This document shows positions 27,800 through 38,248 of a stretch of 64,000 nt of DNA, piece by piece. Under the pieces are notes generated by a model. It ran no database searches. It was not told where the DNA came from and saw only the letters and a list, made by a program, of their open reading frames with translations. The position numbers and the translations under genes were made by a program. The stretch covers positions 740,973 to 804,972 of the forward strand of contig CAVXTH010000006.1 in the NCBI GenBank assembly GCA_963764625.1, given 5' to 3'. Each line of letters opens with the position of its first letter. The stretch's first letter is position 1. The stretch comes from Candidatus Krumholzibacteriota bacterium. Lineage in GTDB: Bacteria > Krumholzibacteriota > Krumholzibacteriia > JAJRXK01.

Positions 27800-29119
27800 T
27801 CAGGACCTCTGCGAGTTTGGAATTTCCGTCGCGATTTCCAGAAGGGCCTCTACCAGACCCTCCCGGGCGATGCGCACCGGATGCGTCGCGTTGCTCAGCA
27901 ACTCCTGCAGGGTCATGTCGTCCAGGAAGATCTCCTCGTGGTTGAGCGGCGAATCGGGCAAGAGCACTTCCCCACAGTCGGCGGGAAGGGCAGCGATCGC
28001 GTCGGCGAAATCCCGTCCGGGAAGAAGTCCCACTACCGTGATTCCCTTCCCGTAAAGACGGTTTTCGATTCCCACCACTCGCAGGTCGAGCCACTCGATT
28101 TCCTCTATCAGAGGTCTGAGGTCTCGTTCGAAGAACGCGGCTCCCAGGGCGCCGGTGAGAATCGTGACGGTGCGCCGCGTGCGGCTCGAGGTGGCCAGCC
28201 GAGGCGCGGCTTCGCGCAGCTCTTCGAGCAGACTGCGCGCCTGACCGATGCCGTTGTCTTCCTGCGGCATGTCTTCGTAGAAGCGCAGCGGAGGGAAAGG
28301 AAACTCCGCGCGCAGATAGAATTCGTCGCTCAGGTAGACCAAACGCTGACCATATCGCGCGAGGAAGCGATCCTGCCAGACGCGGAGTTGCGCCAGCGCC
28401 ATGCGAGCGTCTTCCTTCGTCACCGGCTTGAGCTCGGCCAAACCCTCGCGATGGTCGCTCAACCCAACCGGCACTACCGCGATAGAGGCGACCCCGGGAA
28501 AGAGTGCGCCCAGATCGGCCACCGTCTTGTCCAGAATCTTTCCGTCGTTCCATCCGGGACACAACACGATTTGAGAGTGCACTTCGATTCCATTGGAGGT
28601 GAGCTCGCGGAGAATCGCGAGCACGTCGATACGGCGTTTGATGCCCAGGAGCTTGGTCCGCGCATCGAGTTCGGTGGCGTGAACCGAAACGAAGAGCGGA
28701 CTCAGCTTCTGCTCCAGCACTCGGCGCAGGCCGCGCCGTCCCAGGCTGGTGAGAGTAATGTAGTTTCCGTAGAGGAAGCTGAGCCGGTAGTCCTCGTCCT
28801 TGACGTAGATCTGGTCGCGCATGCCCTTGGGATTCTGATCGATGAAACAGAAGACGCAGCGACAAGCACAGGTCTTGAATTCAAGGGGCGCAAACGCCTC
28901 CGCCAGGAGCGAGAGATCGCTGGCGTTCAAGCGGAAGGCGAGAGAACGGTCGTCGCGATCCATGATGGCGACTTCCAGCTCCGCCGCTTCCTCGCCGAGA
29001 TAGTAGAAATCGAGAATGTCCTCGATGGAGCTTTCCCCGATGCGGATCAGGCGGTCGCCTTCACGCCAGCAATAACCCGGCAAAATTCCATCTGCGGGGG
29101 CGCGTTCGAGAACGATCAC
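27800..29119 (-). CDS. DUF512 radical-SAM-like protein with N-terminal PDZ-like domain
   Basis: ORF 27800..29197. GTG 29119 preceded by AGAGGA. CACRCVFCFIDQ cluster and YVKDEDYRLSFLYGNYITLT. Confidence 0.7.
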   Translation of the reverse strand: MIVLERAPADGILPGYCWREGDRLIRIGESSIEDILDFYYLGEEAAELEVAIMDRDDRSLAFRLNASDLSLLAEAFAPLEFKTCACRCVFCFIDQNPKGMRDQIYVKDEDYRLSFLYGNYITLTSLGRRGLRRVLEQKLSPLFVSVHATELDARTKLLGIKRRIDVLAILRELTSNGIEVHSQIVLCPGWNDGKILDKTVADLGALFPGVASIAVVPVGLSDHREGLAELKPVTKEDARMALAQLRVWQDRFLARYGQRLVYLSDEFYLRAEFPFPPLRFYEDMPQEDNGIGQARSLLEELREAAPRLATSSRTRRTVTILTGALGAAFFERDLRPLIEEIEWLDLRVVGIENRLYGKGITVVGLLPGRDFADAIAALPADCGEVLLPDSPLNHEEIFLDDMTLQELLSNATHPVRIAREGLVEALLEIATEIPNSQRS

Positions 29120-29209
29120 GGGAGTTCCTCTGCAATAGGCTCGTGCGGCCCCTGATGATAGGCCCCAACTCTCGGTCTGGCAACGGTGCCGTCGCACGAG
29201 GGGAAGTTC

Positions 29210-29285
29210 TGGAGCGGGCGACGGGACTCGAACCCGCGACCTTCAGCTTGGGAAGCTGATACTCTACCAACTGAGTTACACCCGC
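29210..29285 (-). tRNA. tRNA-Gly (anticodon CCC)
   Basis: GCGGGTG acceptor, anticodon loop TTCCCAA, T-loop TTCGAGT, discriminator U, CCA encoded. Confidence 0.9.
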
Positions 29286-29344
29286 TCGGGTCCCTTGCCC
29301 TTACAAGAGGCAGGGTCGCAAGCTAGCAAGGGGTGTGGGGAGTG

Positions 29345-30286
29345 TCAAGAGGACCCGCCTTCCCGCAGGGCTGCCAGCAGCTGCCTTTCGAATTCGGGGT
29401 TCTCCGCGGTGCCCCGCGCCTCCACCTCGAGCTTGCGAAACCAGATCTCCTGTTGCCGCGCGTAGCGTCGGGTGGCGACCACGATCCGCTCGAGGAGTTC
29501 CTCACGCGCGCACGCGTTCTTCAGGTAGGAGACGATTTCGCGATAGCCCAGAATCGAGAGCCCCGGACCGTCTTCCTTCCACCCTTCGTCAAGAAGTGCC
29601 CGAGTCTCCTCGATCCACCCGGTCTGCAGCCAAGCCTCGGCCCGGCGCGCAATGGAGGCGTGAAGTTTCCAGCGCGGCTGTTGCAAGTGGAACACGCGCA
29701 GCTTCAAGCCCAACACCGGATGGGGTCGAAAGTCCTGGGCGAGTTGGGTCATGCTCGTGCCGCAGAGCGCGTGAATTTCCAACGCGCGCTCCATACGGTA
29801 GCGGTCGTTGGGATGCAGGGCCTGGGCGCGCTCGGGATCGACCCCGAAAAGACGCTGCCGTACTTCCGCGGTGGAGAGGGTGGCCCATTCCTCGCGCAAA
29901 CTCGATAGAAGCTCCGGATTCTCGGGGATCGTAAAGAAGCCCTCTTGCAATGCGCGCAAGTAGAAGCCGGCCCCTCCCACCACGATGGGAGTCACTTCGC
30001 GTTGCAGAAGGCGGGGCAGAACCTCCTCTACCTGGCGACGGTACCGTCCCGCGTCGAACCGTTCGTCAGGTTCGATCAGATCGACGAGGTGATGGGGAAG
30101 CGCCTCGCGTTCTGCGGGACTGGGTTTCCCGGTCCCCAGATCGAGCCGTCTGTAGATTTGCCGTGAGTCGAGAGAGATGAGTTCGAGGGAGGAACCGAAC
30201 GCGTGCGCGAGCCGAAGAGCCAAGCTCGTCTTCCCGGTGGCGGTGGCTCCAACGAGAACCACCAGGCTCGAGATCTCGCCTGCCAC
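29345..30286 (-). CDS. miaA: tRNA dimethylallyltransferase
   Basis: P-loop GATATGKTSLA and SLDSRQIYRRLDLGTGKP. Confidence 0.9.
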   Translation of the reverse strand: MAGEISSLVVLVGATATGKTSLALRLAHAFGSSLELISLDSRQIYRRLDLGTGKPSPAEREALPHHLVDLIEPDERFDAGRYRRQVEEVLPRLLQREVTPIVVGGAGFYLRALQEGFFTIPENPELLSSLREEWATLSTAEVRQRLFGVDPERAQALHPNDRYRMERALEIHALCGTSMTQLAQDFRPHPVLGLKLRVFHLQQPRWKLHASIARRAEAWLQTGWIEETRALLDEGWKEDGPGLSILGYREIVSYLKNACAREELLERIVVATRRYARQQEIWFRKLEVEARGTAENPEFERQLLAALREGGSS

Positions 30287-30289
30287 CGC

Positions 30290-32122
30290 TCAACGTCTTC
30301 CGAAGCGGCGTTCCAGTTCGGGAAGACCGATGCGGATGAGAGTCGGTCGTCCGTGAGGGCACGAGTAGGGCAGCTCGGTCGCGAAGAGACGATCCATGAG
30401 CGCCTGCATTTCCGGCAGCGTCAGTTTCTCTCCGGCACGAATCGCGCCGTGGCAGGCATAGGATGCCAGAATCGCTTCCTTGGGATCACTGCCTCCCCTC
30501 CCACTCTCGGAGAGATCGACCAGGATGTCGCGCAGGAGGGCACCATCGTTCCAGTTGTGCAGCTCGTTGGGGATACCGCGCACCAGAATGGTGGACCCGC
30601 CGAAGGCCTCGGTCAAAAAACCCATCCGCTCCATGTCACCACGGTGGACTTCGTAGGCCGAGAGCTCGGTGGGGGTGAGTTCCAGCGTGCAGGGAAAGAG
30701 CAACTGCTGCACCGCGACGCCCCGCCCTTCCACCGCCTTCTTTCCTTCGTTGTACAGAATGCGTTCGTGGCTGTTGTGTTGATCGACGATCACCAGGGCC
30801 CCGCGAATCTGGGTCAGAATGAAGGTGGAGTGCAGCTGCCAAAACAGATCGGACGCGGACTCGAGACTCTGGCCGAGCCCCGGATCGACCGGAGCTCCCT
30901 GCGGGACGAAGCCGCCCCCCTCTTCGCCGGGGTCGCCCGTTTCGAAGAGCGTGGGCGCCAGCTTGCTGCGACTCCACGCCGGACCGTAGCTGGTCGAGTG
31001 CCCTTCGGTCGGCCCGTGGCGAAAAACCTCTTCCGCTGTCTGACGCAGCCGTTCCATGGCCACCGACTCCAAAGGCGAGTGGGCTACACCGTGCGCTCGC
31101 GCTCCGCCCTCGCCCCGCAACGCGAGCGCGTCCTGGATGGAATGGCGCACGAGTTCGTGGGCAGTACCGGCATCGCGCAGACGAATCTCGGCCTTGGTGG
31201 GATGAATGTTGACGTCCACCCGCGAGGGTGGAACTTCCACGAAGAGGAGCACGAGAGGAAAGCGCCCTGCGGGAATGACTTCACGGTACGCGTGCTGGAT
31301 GGCGTGGCTCAATCCGCTGTCGACCACGCCGCGCCGGTTTACGTAGACGAACTGACCGCTACGATTTCCCCGAGTGTAGGTGGGAAGACTGCACAGTCCT
31401 TCCACGCGCACGCCCTGCACTTGAGCTTCGAAGCGCCGCAGGTGTTCGGCGACCGTTGAACCGAAAACCCCGTGTACCCTCGTCTCCAGATCGAGCGCCG
31501 GCGGAAGATCCATGCTGACTTTGCCGGAGGACTCCAGGCGGAACCCGACTTCGGGATGCGCCAGGGCCAAGGAGCTGAGGGCCTGGGTGACCGCCCTGGC
31601 CTCGCTGGCCTCACTCTTGAGGAACTGTCTCCGCGCCGGCAGATTGAAGAAGAGATCAGCCGCGGTGACGGTGGTCCCGGGATGCCGGGCCAGAGCTTCC
31701 TTGCGTTCGATGCGACCCCCGACGAGATCGAGTCGACATCCCAGCTCTTCCTCCTTGGCGCGCGAACGCAGCGAGAAACGACTGACCGATGCGATGGAGG
31801 CGAGCGCTTCGCCCCGAAATCCGAAGGAGTGAATCGCGAGCAGGTCTCCACTGCCCGCGATCTTGGAAGTGGCGTGGGCCTCGACCGCCAAGGGCACTTC
31901 CCGGGTCGGGATTCCACTGCCGTCATCCTCGACGCTGATTTCCTCCAGCCCCCCGCGGCGCAAACGCACCACGATGTGGCGGGCGCCGGCGTCCAGCGCG
32001 TTCTCCACCATTTCCTTCACCGCCGAGGCCGGACGCTCCACCACCTCACCCGCCGCGATCCGGTCGACGCAGGAGGGATCCAGAAGGCGGATCGGGCGAC
32101 GCTGGGTGTTGGGAGCATTCAT
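30290..32122 (-). CDS. mutL: DNA mismatch repair protein MutL
   Basis: IAAGEVVERPASAVKEMVENALDAG. C-terminal dimerisation region with CPHGRP. Confidence 0.95.
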   Translation of the reverse strand: MNAPNTQRRPIRLLDPSCVDRIAAGEVVERPASAVKEMVENALDAGARHIVVRLRRGGLEEISVEDDGSGIPTREVPLAVEAHATSKIAGSGDLLAIHSFGFRGEALASIASVSRFSLRSRAKEEELGCRLDLVGGRIERKEALARHPGTTVTAADLFFNLPARRQFLKSEASEARAVTQALSSLALAHPEVGFRLESSGKVSMDLPPALDLETRVHGVFGSTVAEHLRRFEAQVQGVRVEGLCSLPTYTRGNRSGQFVYVNRRGVVDSGLSHAIQHAYREVIPAGRFPLVLLFVEVPPSRVDVNIHPTKAEIRLRDAGTAHELVRHSIQDALALRGEGGARAHGVAHSPLESVAMERLRQTAEEVFRHGPTEGHSTSYGPAWSRSKLAPTLFETGDPGEEGGGFVPQGAPVDPGLGQSLESASDLFWQLHSTFILTQIRGALVIVDQHNSHERILYNEGKKAVEGRGVAVQQLLFPCTLELTPTELSAYEVHRGDMERMGFLTEAFGGSTILVRGIPNELHNWNDGALLRDILVDLSESGRGGSDPKEAILASYACHGAIRAGEKLTLPEMQALMDRLFATELPYSCPHGRPTLIRIGLPELERRFGRR

Positions 32123-32230
32123 GAAGACAATCCCTCAAACCATTGTGATGGTGTGAGTTAGATTCTGTCGACGCAGGCGAGGAATTCGCGGCGTCGGCGG
32201 TGCTCACACTACCCTGGCCGAAGGGAGCTG

Positions 32231-34522
32231 TCAATCTGGCGCGGGACCCAGGCCCTTTTGGGCTTCGAGCAGAATCTCGTCGGGGGTTTCGGCATCGTGA
32301 GGGTAACGCGCGTGGTCGATGCGCAGTTCACAGCCCGCGCCGCCGATCTCACCCATCAGCTTCTCCAGGAGATAGCGGTAGCGGCGGGACAGGCGGCGTT
32401 GTCCACGCGCTTCCTCGGGAGCCAAGACCGCGAAGCGGTTCGTGGCGATGAAGAGCACGCAGTCGGTCGATCGAGCCGCAGCCAAGACGACGCTCACGAG
32501 CTTTTCGTGGAAGCCCGCCTTGTCTTCGGGAACATCTACCTGAAAGCAGGTCAGGGAGAATCCCACGTGGTAGCGCTGCGCCCGCTGGAGCTCTCGTTCG
32601 AGCGCTTCGCGTAGAACGAGTCGGTTCGCCGTGATGTCGCGTCCTGCCACAGTCGTCTGGATCTGGGTGAGCTCACTGGCCGCGCCCACCAGCTGGTCCT
32701 GCTCCTGGGCTTCCTTAGAGGGAAGAGTCCCCAACAACAGGGCCGCCATGTTCTGGTCTTCCTCGCTGAACCCCCGCGCTTCCAGGGGCCCCGCTGGATT
32801 GCGATTGAACGCGATCAACGCGCGCTGATCTTCGTCCGCGATCGCCATCCAATTCTTCACCACCTTACCGGGCGCTTCCAGACCGCGGTCTCGGTGGGAC
32901 GATTGGGCTTGCAGTCGGCTCGCGTACTCTTCCCATAGTTGCTCGGGGTTGGCTCCCGGCAGTGCTTCGATCCCCTGGAAGGTGCTGGGGGTCTTACCCC
33001 GTCCATTCCAGACCGCCACCGCGCTGGCGCCGCTGAGTTCCATGAACGCAGTTGCCACGCGCGGAGGACGCTCGGCGAAGGGCAACGAACCGATGCGACT
33101 CAAATCCCGGGCCAGACCTTGCAGATGCTCCATGCGCACGCGCCCTTCCTCGCGCGCGAGGAGAGTTCCAAGGCGTGAAGTCACGACCGCCTGCACTTGA
33201 CTCAGGTTGCGCTGGAAGTGACTCAGCGCGGAGAGTCCCTCGAAATCCGTAATGAGAACCGCGAAACATTCGGGGCTTCCCAGCGGTACGTAGAGCGTCG
33301 AGTAGCGCCGAGCCCGCGTACGCCCCGCCGGCCGGATCCTTTCCTCCAGAATCACGACCTCCGAAGTCAACAGCACCTGGGCCAGGATTCCACTCCCGGG
33401 GTCGACGTCGCGCACCAGACGCGGTTCCCCTCCATCTTCCCCTCCGGCCAGGACCCGAAGGGCCGGACCTCCCCCTCCCAGGATGATGAGCTGGCAACTC
33501 TCCGCCCCCGAGAGGTCGTGCAGGAGACTGCGGATCAGGCCAAAGGCCTGGCTGGTGGGAATCTCCATTTGCAGCAGCCGGTCGAGTCCCTTTTCGAGAT
33601 CGTTCACAAGGGCGCGTTCGTGATAGGACTGGATCTCCAAGAGATGCGAGAGAACCGGGGTGATGCGCGCGGCCATGCGCTGTACCGTAGCGAGATCGGT
33701 TGGCGAGAAAGAAGTGGAACCGTGATCGCGTGAAACGCTGGTGACGCCGAGGGTCAAGTCGGCGTCGAGAAGCGGAACGCAGATCGCGCTCTTGATATCA
33801 CTGCGGTCCCGATCTGTCGGCGCGGTTGGTTGCCCTTCGATGAGCTCGCCCTCTCCGCTGATGGCGACGCGCCCACTGATTCCTTCGCCCAGACGGCGCC
33901 GGCTGGTGCGGATGGTGTGGTCGCTCAAGCCCTCGGCGTAGGCGATGTAGAGTTCCTTGGTGGCGTGATTGAGCAGCTGGATGCTTCCGCTGTCGGCGTC
34001 GACCGCCTGAATGACCAGGGCCAAGAGCCCGCGAAGAACTTCTTCACGGTCCAGGGCGCGATCCAACCAGCGAATGGCGTCGTCGAAGTCGCGCCAGCGG
34101 GCGCTCTCCGCCCGGGCCTCCCGCACGCCTCGCCGCGGCGGCCACCCCGGTTCGCCGTACAGTTCGAGGGCCTCGTGAAGCCCAATGAGATGAACCTTCT
34201 GGGAGCGCAGGTAGACGATTGCGTCCTGGATCCGCTCCCGCTCCTGGCTCAGGACGACCTGCCCCGTCTTGGCCAAATCCTCCAGAAATTCGAGAGTATG
34301 ACCGTGGCGCAGGCCCAGGATTTCGGCGATCTCGTGCCCCAGTGCCTCGGGGTCCGGATCATAGACCCCCATGATCTGCACCGCGACCGCACGATGCAAT
34401 TCGGCGAGAACGGGAATCTCGGCTTCCCGGACTCCAACCATCCCCAACAGTGTCAACGTATTAGCTGAATTTCGCATGGCAATCTGGGCCGCGTTCCTCC
34501 ACCTTGAGGCACAGTGAACCAT
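32231..34522 (-). CDS. multi-GAF signalling protein with degenerate GGDEF-like C-terminal domain
   Basis: GAF-like block GSIQLLNHATKELYIAYAEGL...GEGISGRV. The C-terminus is laid out like a diguanylate cyclase, but ATNRF replaces GGDEF. The start codon is uncertain. Confidence 0.6.
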   Translation of the reverse strand: MVHCASRWRNAAQIAMRNSANTLTLLGMVGVREAEIPVLAELHRAVAVQIMGVYDPDPEALGHEIAEILGLRHGHTLEFLEDLAKTGQVVLSQERERIQDAIVYLRSQKVHLIGLHEALELYGEPGWPPRRGVREARAESARWRDFDDAIRWLDRALDREEVLRGLLALVIQAVDADSGSIQLLNHATKELYIAYAEGLSDHTIRTSRRRLGEGISGRVAISGEGELIEGQPTAPTDRDRSDIKSAICVPLLDADLTLGVTSVSRDHGSTSFSPTDLATVQRMAARITPVLSHLLEIQSYHERALVNDLEKGLDRLLQMEIPTSQAFGLIRSLLHDLSGAESCQLIILGGGGPALRVLAGGEDGGEPRLVRDVDPGSGILAQVLLTSEVVILEERIRPAGRTRARRYSTLYVPLGSPECFAVLITDFEGLSALSHFQRNLSQVQAVVTSRLGTLLAREEGRVRMEHLQGLARDLSRIGSLPFAERPPRVATAFMELSGASAVAVWNGRGKTPSTFQGIEALPGANPEQLWEEYASRLQAQSSHRDRGLEAPGKVVKNWMAIADEDQRALIAFNRNPAGPLEARGFSEEDQNMAALLLGTLPSKEAQEQDQLVGAASELTQIQTTVAGRDITANRLVLREALERELQRAQRYHVGFSLTCFQVDVPEDKAGFHEKLVSVVLAAARSTDCVLFIATNRFAVLAPEEARGQRRLSRRYRYLLEKLMGEIGGAGCELRIDHARYPHDAETPDEILLEAQKGLGPAPD

Positions 34523-34577
34523 GATTGGCGCAGCAAGGAGGATGCCAGCACGGACTAAAGTTCAAGAAACAAAGAGC

Positions 34578-37211
34578 TTAGGCGTCTTCGGAGGCGTCGG
34601 CCTGAAAGCCCTCGAGCCGTTCCTTGAGCTGGGCCAGGAGGAGAAGGGCATCGACCGGGCGTAGGGTCTCCGGTTGCACCTTGCGCAGACGCTCGAGCAC
34701 TTCTGTTTCGGAGGAATCGAAGAGCGGCAGTTGGAGTCCCGGCGATGAGGTGGTGGGGGGAGTCTCCGCTCGCGCCGACGCGTCGCGTCGCCGTTCTTCG
34801 AGCAGGGCTCGCGCGCGCCGCAGGACCGTGGGGGGAACCCCGGCCAACTCGGCCACGTGGATTCCGTAACTGCGATCACCGGCCCCAGCAATCACCTTGT
34901 GCAGAAAGAGGATCTTCCCCTGCCAGTCGCGAACCTCCATCTGGATGTTGGCCAGGCGCGGCAAGCGTCCAGAGAGCTCGGTCAATTCATGGAAGTGCGT
35001 GGCGAAGAGAGACTTGGGGCGCACCGGTCCGTCGTGAAGATACTCGGTGATAGCCCATGCCAGCGCGAGTCCGTCGTCGGTGGAGGTCCCACGACCGACC
35101 TCGTCCAGGATCACCAGACTCTGATCGGTGGACCCCCGTAGGATCTTGGCGCACTCGGCCATCTCGACCAGGAAGGTGCTCTGCCCGCGCGCCAGGTTGT
35201 CACTGGCCCCCACGCGAGTGAAGAGACGATCGACCAGGCCAATTCTCGCGCGCCGGGCCGGCACGAAGGAACCCATCTGCGCCATGACCACCAGCAGGGC
35301 GGCCTGCCGCAAGTAGGTCGACTTGCCCCCCATGTTGGGTCCGGTGAGCAGGAGGATCTGACGCTCCTTGGAGTCGAGGTGGAGATCATTGGGCACGAAG
35401 GGTTCCGCAACCAGTTGCTCCACCACCGGATGGCGACCGTCCTCGATCTGCAGCACGCCGCTCTCGTCGATACTCGGGCGCACGTAGTCGCGCGCGATGC
35501 TCAACGCGGCCAAGCTGCCGAGAGTGTCCAGCCTGCCCAACGCCTGGGCCAGAGCACGCAGAGCTTTCAGAGAATCGGCCACCGAATCGAGTAGCTCGAG
35601 GTAGAGTTTCTTTTCGAGTTCGATTCGCCTGTCCTCGGCGTTCAGGATCTGCCGCTCTCTCTCCTTCAATTCATCGGTCACGTAGCGTTTCGCCGCCGCC
35701 AGGGTCTGCTTTTCCTGATAGTCCGGCGGCACCTTCTGCAGATGCGATCTGGTGACTTCGATGTAGTATCCGAAGACCCGGTTGAACGCGACCTTGAGCG
35801 TGGAGATGCCGGTGCGCGTTCGCTCCTTCTCCTGGTAGGCCGCCAGCCACTGCTTCCCCCCGCGCGCCAAGTCGTTGAGCTCGTCGAACTCGCGATGAAC
35901 TCCCGCGCGCAGAATCCCCCCTTTGCGCAGGTGGGCCGGGGGTTCCTCCACCAGTTCTCTCAGCAGGGGCGTATTCAAGTCCGCGACGCCAGAGAGCTGC
36001 TCCGCGATCGCGGAGAGAAGGGGATCCGAGGGCGGAAATTCGAGCTCGGTGATGAGCGCGACGCGCGTGAGTGCCGCGCGAAGATTCGCCAGCTCCTTGG
36101 GCATGGCGCGGCGCGTGGCGATGCGTCCCAGAATGCGTTCGACGTCCCCCATGCCTTTGAGGGCGTCGCGCACCGACCGGAGAACCGCGGACTCGGTGCG
36201 CAGCGCCTGTACCGCGTCGAGCCGGCGTTCGATCCCGGCCTTGCTTCGCAGCGGCGCGCGCATCCATCCCGCGAGACAGCGGCGGCCCATCGGGGTCCTG
36301 GTGGCGTCCATCTGCGCGAACAGGGTTCCGTCGCGCGCCCCGGCTTGCAGACTCTGGAAGAGCTCGAGGTGCGCCACCGTCTCCCGATCGAGATAGAGGC
36401 GGTCTCCACTTCGCTGCACCAGGAGTTCCGCGACCTGCTGCGGGCGGCTGCGCTGCCGGTCCGCCAGGTATCGCAGGGCGCAGCCCGCCGCGCGGGCGGC
36501 CAGCTCGCTTCCGTCCAGGCCCAGACCCGTAATTCCACTCAACTTGAAGTGATCTTCCAAAGTGCTTGTAGCGTAACGGATTTCGAAGAGCAACGGAGAG
36601 ACCCCGGTGGAGCTGATCCCCAGCAAGGCGCCGCCGCCACAGAGGGCCCGGCCGTCCTCCACCTGCTCTTGCGGCAGGACGATCTCGGCCACCGGATAGC
36701 GCCGCACCAGTCCCAGCACCTCCTCCTGCGACGCCTGGCCGCAGAGGAACTCCCCGGTGCTTCCGTCCAGAAGCGCGTAGCCCCACTCCCCATCGCCGGG
36801 AAGCAGGGCAAGGAGGTACACCCCCTCATCGCTCTTGAGCAACGCAGGGTTGGTGACCGTCCCGGGCGAGAGGATCTCCACCACCTCGCGGCGCACCAGT
36901 CCCTTTGCCAGCGCGGGATCCTCCGTCTGCTCGCAGATGGCGACGGTGGCTCCGGTGTCCAGGAGCTTCACCAGATACTGGTCGAGAGCGTGGAAGGGAA
37001 TCCCCGCCAGAGGGATCGGCTTCCCCCCCTTCTTCTCGCGCGCGGTGAGGGTAATGCCCAAGATTTTCGAGCAGTGTTGGGCATCCTCGAAAAACGTCTC
37101 GTAGAAATCGCCCATGCGAAACAGGAGGATCGCGTCGGGATGCTCGGCCTTGAGTCCCAGGTACTGTTCCATCATGGGCGTGTGTTTGGCGGACTTGCGT
37201 CGCGTGCCCAT
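34578..37211 (-). CDS. mutS: DNA mismatch repair protein MutS
   Basis: ATG 37211 gives MGTRRKSAKHTPMMEQYLGLKAEHPDAILLFRMGDFYE. Walker A TGPNMGGKST. Confidence 0.95.
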   Translation of the reverse strand: MGTRRKSAKHTPMMEQYLGLKAEHPDAILLFRMGDFYETFFEDAQHCSKILGITLTAREKKGGKPIPLAGIPFHALDQYLVKLLDTGATVAICEQTEDPALAKGLVRREVVEILSPGTVTNPALLKSDEGVYLLALLPGDGEWGYALLDGSTGEFLCGQASQEEVLGLVRRYPVAEIVLPQEQVEDGRALCGGGALLGISSTGVSPLLFEIRYATSTLEDHFKLSGITGLGLDGSELAARAAGCALRYLADRQRSRPQQVAELLVQRSGDRLYLDRETVAHLELFQSLQAGARDGTLFAQMDATRTPMGRRCLAGWMRAPLRSKAGIERRLDAVQALRTESAVLRSVRDALKGMGDVERILGRIATRRAMPKELANLRAALTRVALITELEFPPSDPLLSAIAEQLSGVADLNTPLLRELVEEPPAHLRKGGILRAGVHREFDELNDLARGGKQWLAAYQEKERTRTGISTLKVAFNRVFGYYIEVTRSHLQKVPPDYQEKQTLAAAKRYVTDELKERERQILNAEDRRIELEKKLYLELLDSVADSLKALRALAQALGRLDTLGSLAALSIARDYVRPSIDESGVLQIEDGRHPVVEQLVAEPFVPNDLHLDSKERQILLLTGPNMGGKSTYLRQAALLVVMAQMGSFVPARRARIGLVDRLFTRVGASDNLARGQSTFLVEMAECAKILRGSTDQSLVILDEVGRGTSTDDGLALAWAITEYLHDGPVRPKSLFATHFHELTELSGRLPRLANIQMEVRDWQGKILFLHKVIAGAGDRSYGIHVAELAGVPPTVLRRARALLEERRRDASARAETPPTTSSPGLQLPLFDSSETEVLERLRKVQPETLRPVDALLLLAQLKERLEGFQADASEDA

Positions 37212-38248
37212 CAGCTTTGTCCTGGAGTGAGAATGACGGCCTGCCAGCCGCTCTGGCCGAGGGTTGCTTGCGCACTCTCGGCCGCGCCGCGCGTGGCGTA
37301 GTGTCCCACTACCACGCGATACCAGGGTGGAGAACTCTGGACGCTGCGCTCGATGCGCAGCTCGTCCACGTGGCTCGAGAGGGTGAGCGCGAGTCTCAGG
37401 GCGAGACTGCGGTCGTGGAAAGCTCCCACTTGAAGGGCGAAAGAAGAACGGCGGGCAGGGGCTTCGATTTCGGCCACGTTCGTTTCCGGCGTGACGGTCG
37501 AATCGCGCGCCGCCTTCAGTCCCTCTTCTCGTACCCATCTCGCCTCGGCGCTCCGCGGATAGCGGCGCAGGATTTCTCTTCTCGTCTCCGCCGCGCGTTC
37601 ACCGTCCCCACTCTGAGCGAGAGCGGCAGATCTGGTGTAAAGAGCCTGGGGAGCGACGTCGGGATCCCTGGTGGCCAGAGCCGCCTCCGCGTACCGCAGG
37701 CCCCCCTGGACGTCGCCGCTACGCAGACTGAGATCGGCCAGAAGCACTTGGGCCATCGAATAGCTTGGGCTGCGCGCTTCCACCAACAGCAGTTGTTCTC
37801 TGGCCTTGCGCGCGTTGCCGGCCGCCGCCTCGGCCATCCCCAAGAACAGCGCGATCTCTGGTAGCCGTCGCGAGGCCTGTAGAGGAAGACCCTCCAGGAA
37901 CTCCGCGGCCGAGAGGTACCGTCCCCGAGCGAAATATTCGCGCGCACGCGCCAGGGCGATCACCTGATTGAGACTGTCGGCGGCGGATCCGCCGCTGGTC
38001 AGGGCCGCCGCCATGCGATCGAAACTCTCGGGATCGGTCACCAGCTGGGCTTGAATCCACCTCAGATCACGTGAGAGCGGCGCACCGTGCTTCACGTGGT
38101 CCTCGAGCAGCTGACTCGCCAAATCGTAGTGGGTCTGGTCCTTTAGCCGGCGAACCCGATCGAGCAGATCCTCTCCCAGGGCATGGCCCAGCACGCCCAT
38201 CAGGGCGAGGGCCGCGGCCACGAGGGTGACGACGCGCGCTCGCTTCAC
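37211..38248 (-). CDS. TPR + SPOR domain protein
   Basis: GTG 38248 forms a GTGA overlap with the lapB stop. N-terminal signal/anchor. C-terminal FALQVGAFHDRSLA...WYRVVVGHYATRGAAESA is a SPOR fold signature. Confidence 0.7.
   Translation of the reverse strand: MKRARVVTLVAAALALMGVLGHALGEDLLDRVRRLKDQTHYDLASQLLEDHVKHGAPLSRDLRWIQAQLVTDPESFDRMAAALTSGGSAADSLNQVIALARAREYFARGRYLSAAEFLEGLPLQASRRLPEIALFLGMAEAAAGNARKAREQLLLVEARSPSYSMAQVLLADLSLRSGDVQGGLRYAEAALATRDPDVAPQALYTRSAALAQSGDGERAAETRREILRRYPRSAEARWVREEGLKAARDSTVTPETNVAEIEAPARRSSFALQVGAFHDRSLALRLALTLSSHVDELRIERSVQSSPPWYRVVVGHYATRGAAESAQATLGQSGWQAVILTPGQS

Noticed and set aside
34578-37538. N-terminally extended versions of many track ORFs: mutS 986 aa, miaB 683 aa, mtaB 658 aa, gpsA 449 aa, cmk 563 aa, MerR 264 aa, trxA 280 aa, BY-kinase 292 aa.
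   Set aside because: The extensions overlap the upstream gene and are low-complexity. Internal start codons with ribosome-binding sites or 1-4-nt stop/start overlaps give canonical N-termini.
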